From positions 1 to 49,839 of the forward strand of contig JBCCHY010000003.1 in assembly GCA_039028495.1 (NCBI GenBank): a stretch of DNA of 49,839 nucleotides. Reading direction: 5' to 3'. A program made the position numbers and the translations under genes. Below the pieces are notes generated by a model. The model searched no databases. It saw only the letters and a program-made list of their open reading frames with translations, and had not been told where the DNA came from. Below are positions 49,271 through 49,839 of this stretch, in pieces (position 1 is the stretch's first letter; each line of letters begins with the position of its first letter). This DNA comes from Patescibacteria group bacterium. Its GTDB lineage: Bacteria > Patescibacteriota > Saccharimonadia > Saccharimonadales > VXPC01.

Positions 49271-49839
49271 TCACAGATCCTTGGGGATAGGATAACCCTT
49301 AAACTCCCTCAAAAGCCCACGTCCATAAATCAAACGATAAATAGACTCTGCTTCCCATAGAGCACCCTTCAGGGCGTTATGTGGTCGCGTTTCTTTTGGT
49401 AGCCCGCAAAATGGATGTATAAAATCCGTATCCATCACACTCCACCCATCAGTCAGAGGAACAACCTTTTTCTGCTCTAGCATGCGCGCATATGCAAGTG
49501 TATGCAGGTCGATAGTACGCTTCTTTAGCTGCAAACCCACACGTGACTCTTTGGCTTTGAGGTTTATGAAAGGTACATCAAACGCCTGTATGTGCAGCCC
49601 TGCGATAACCTTTACTGGTCTAGAGTCGTACCAATCAGCAAAGCTTTTTAGTAAACTATGGCGACTCTGCTTGTCCTTTGATCTCGCCGCAGACTCACTA
49701 ATGCCATTGATCTTACCGGCCTCTGGGTCGTACTCTTCCGTCTCATGTAACCTAGCTTCGCCGTAAAAACGCTTGCTAGGAGACTTTAGATCAACGGCCC
49801 CAATACTCAATATCCCATGCCTATTAGGATCCAGCCCAC
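49271..49839 (-). CDS. DEDD/DnaQ-like 3'-5' exonuclease (N-terminus beyond the window)
   Basis: Frame open to the window edge: GLDPNRHGILSIGA, AFDVPFI, IDLHTL, HNALKGA. Confidence 0.75.
   Translation of the reverse strand, partial: GLDPNRHGILSIGAVDLKSPSKRFYGEARLHETEEYDPEAGKINGISESAARSKDKQSRHSLLKSFADWYDSRPVKVIAGLHIQAFDVPFINLKAKESRVGLQLKKRTIDLHTLAYARMLEQKKVVPLTDGWSVMDTDFIHPFCGLPKETRPHNALKGALWEAESIYRLIYGRGLLREFKGYPIPKDL

Noticed and set aside
1-49839. Alternative genetic code (UGA=Gly, as in Gracilibacteria/Absconditabacteria)
   Set aside because: Conserved genes translate full length in code 11, and TGA ends rplD, rpmC, rpsQ and rpsE at expected positions
1-49839. CRISPR array, transposase, integrase or rRNA
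   Set aside because: No regularly spaced repeats and no such motifs seen

Overview
Core-genome window from a reduced bacterium, most likely Patescibacteria/CPR (Saccharibacteria-like: no rpmD/L30, no adk or map after secY, standard code 11). Gene order: recG(3' end), a Zn-PLC/P1-like gene, rsmD, tRNA-Leu, hisS, tig, clpP, rpoBC, rpsL, rpsG, fusA, tuf, rpsJ, the complete S10(from rplC)-spc-alpha cluster, rplM-rpsI, trpS, rluD, holB-like, a TPR gene, tRNA-Tyr, tRNA-Thr and a DEDD exonuclease. Small ORFans sit inside normally contiguous operons. Main unexpected observations: (1) trpS is preceded by a leaderless Trp leader peptide with an attenuator, then a Trp-free GNAT gene interrupted exactly at a UUU_UGG (Phe-Trp) +1 slippery site and apparently coupled to trpS, a candidate Trp-sensing frameshift system; (2) hisS has a parallel leaderless His-leader attenuator plus a His-free ORF; (3) all three tRNA genes are followed by the same ~140-180 nt architecture (hairpin, inverted copy of the tRNA 3' end, direct copy split at the T-loop by a palindromic insert); (4) the RNA polymerase beta' subunit has lost both Zn sites and has a rewired trigger loop, and EF-G has NKxN and a remodelled G5 motif; (5) many genes appear leaderless, and clpP carries a CIRCE. 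All calls were made by eye; no searches or folding programs were run.
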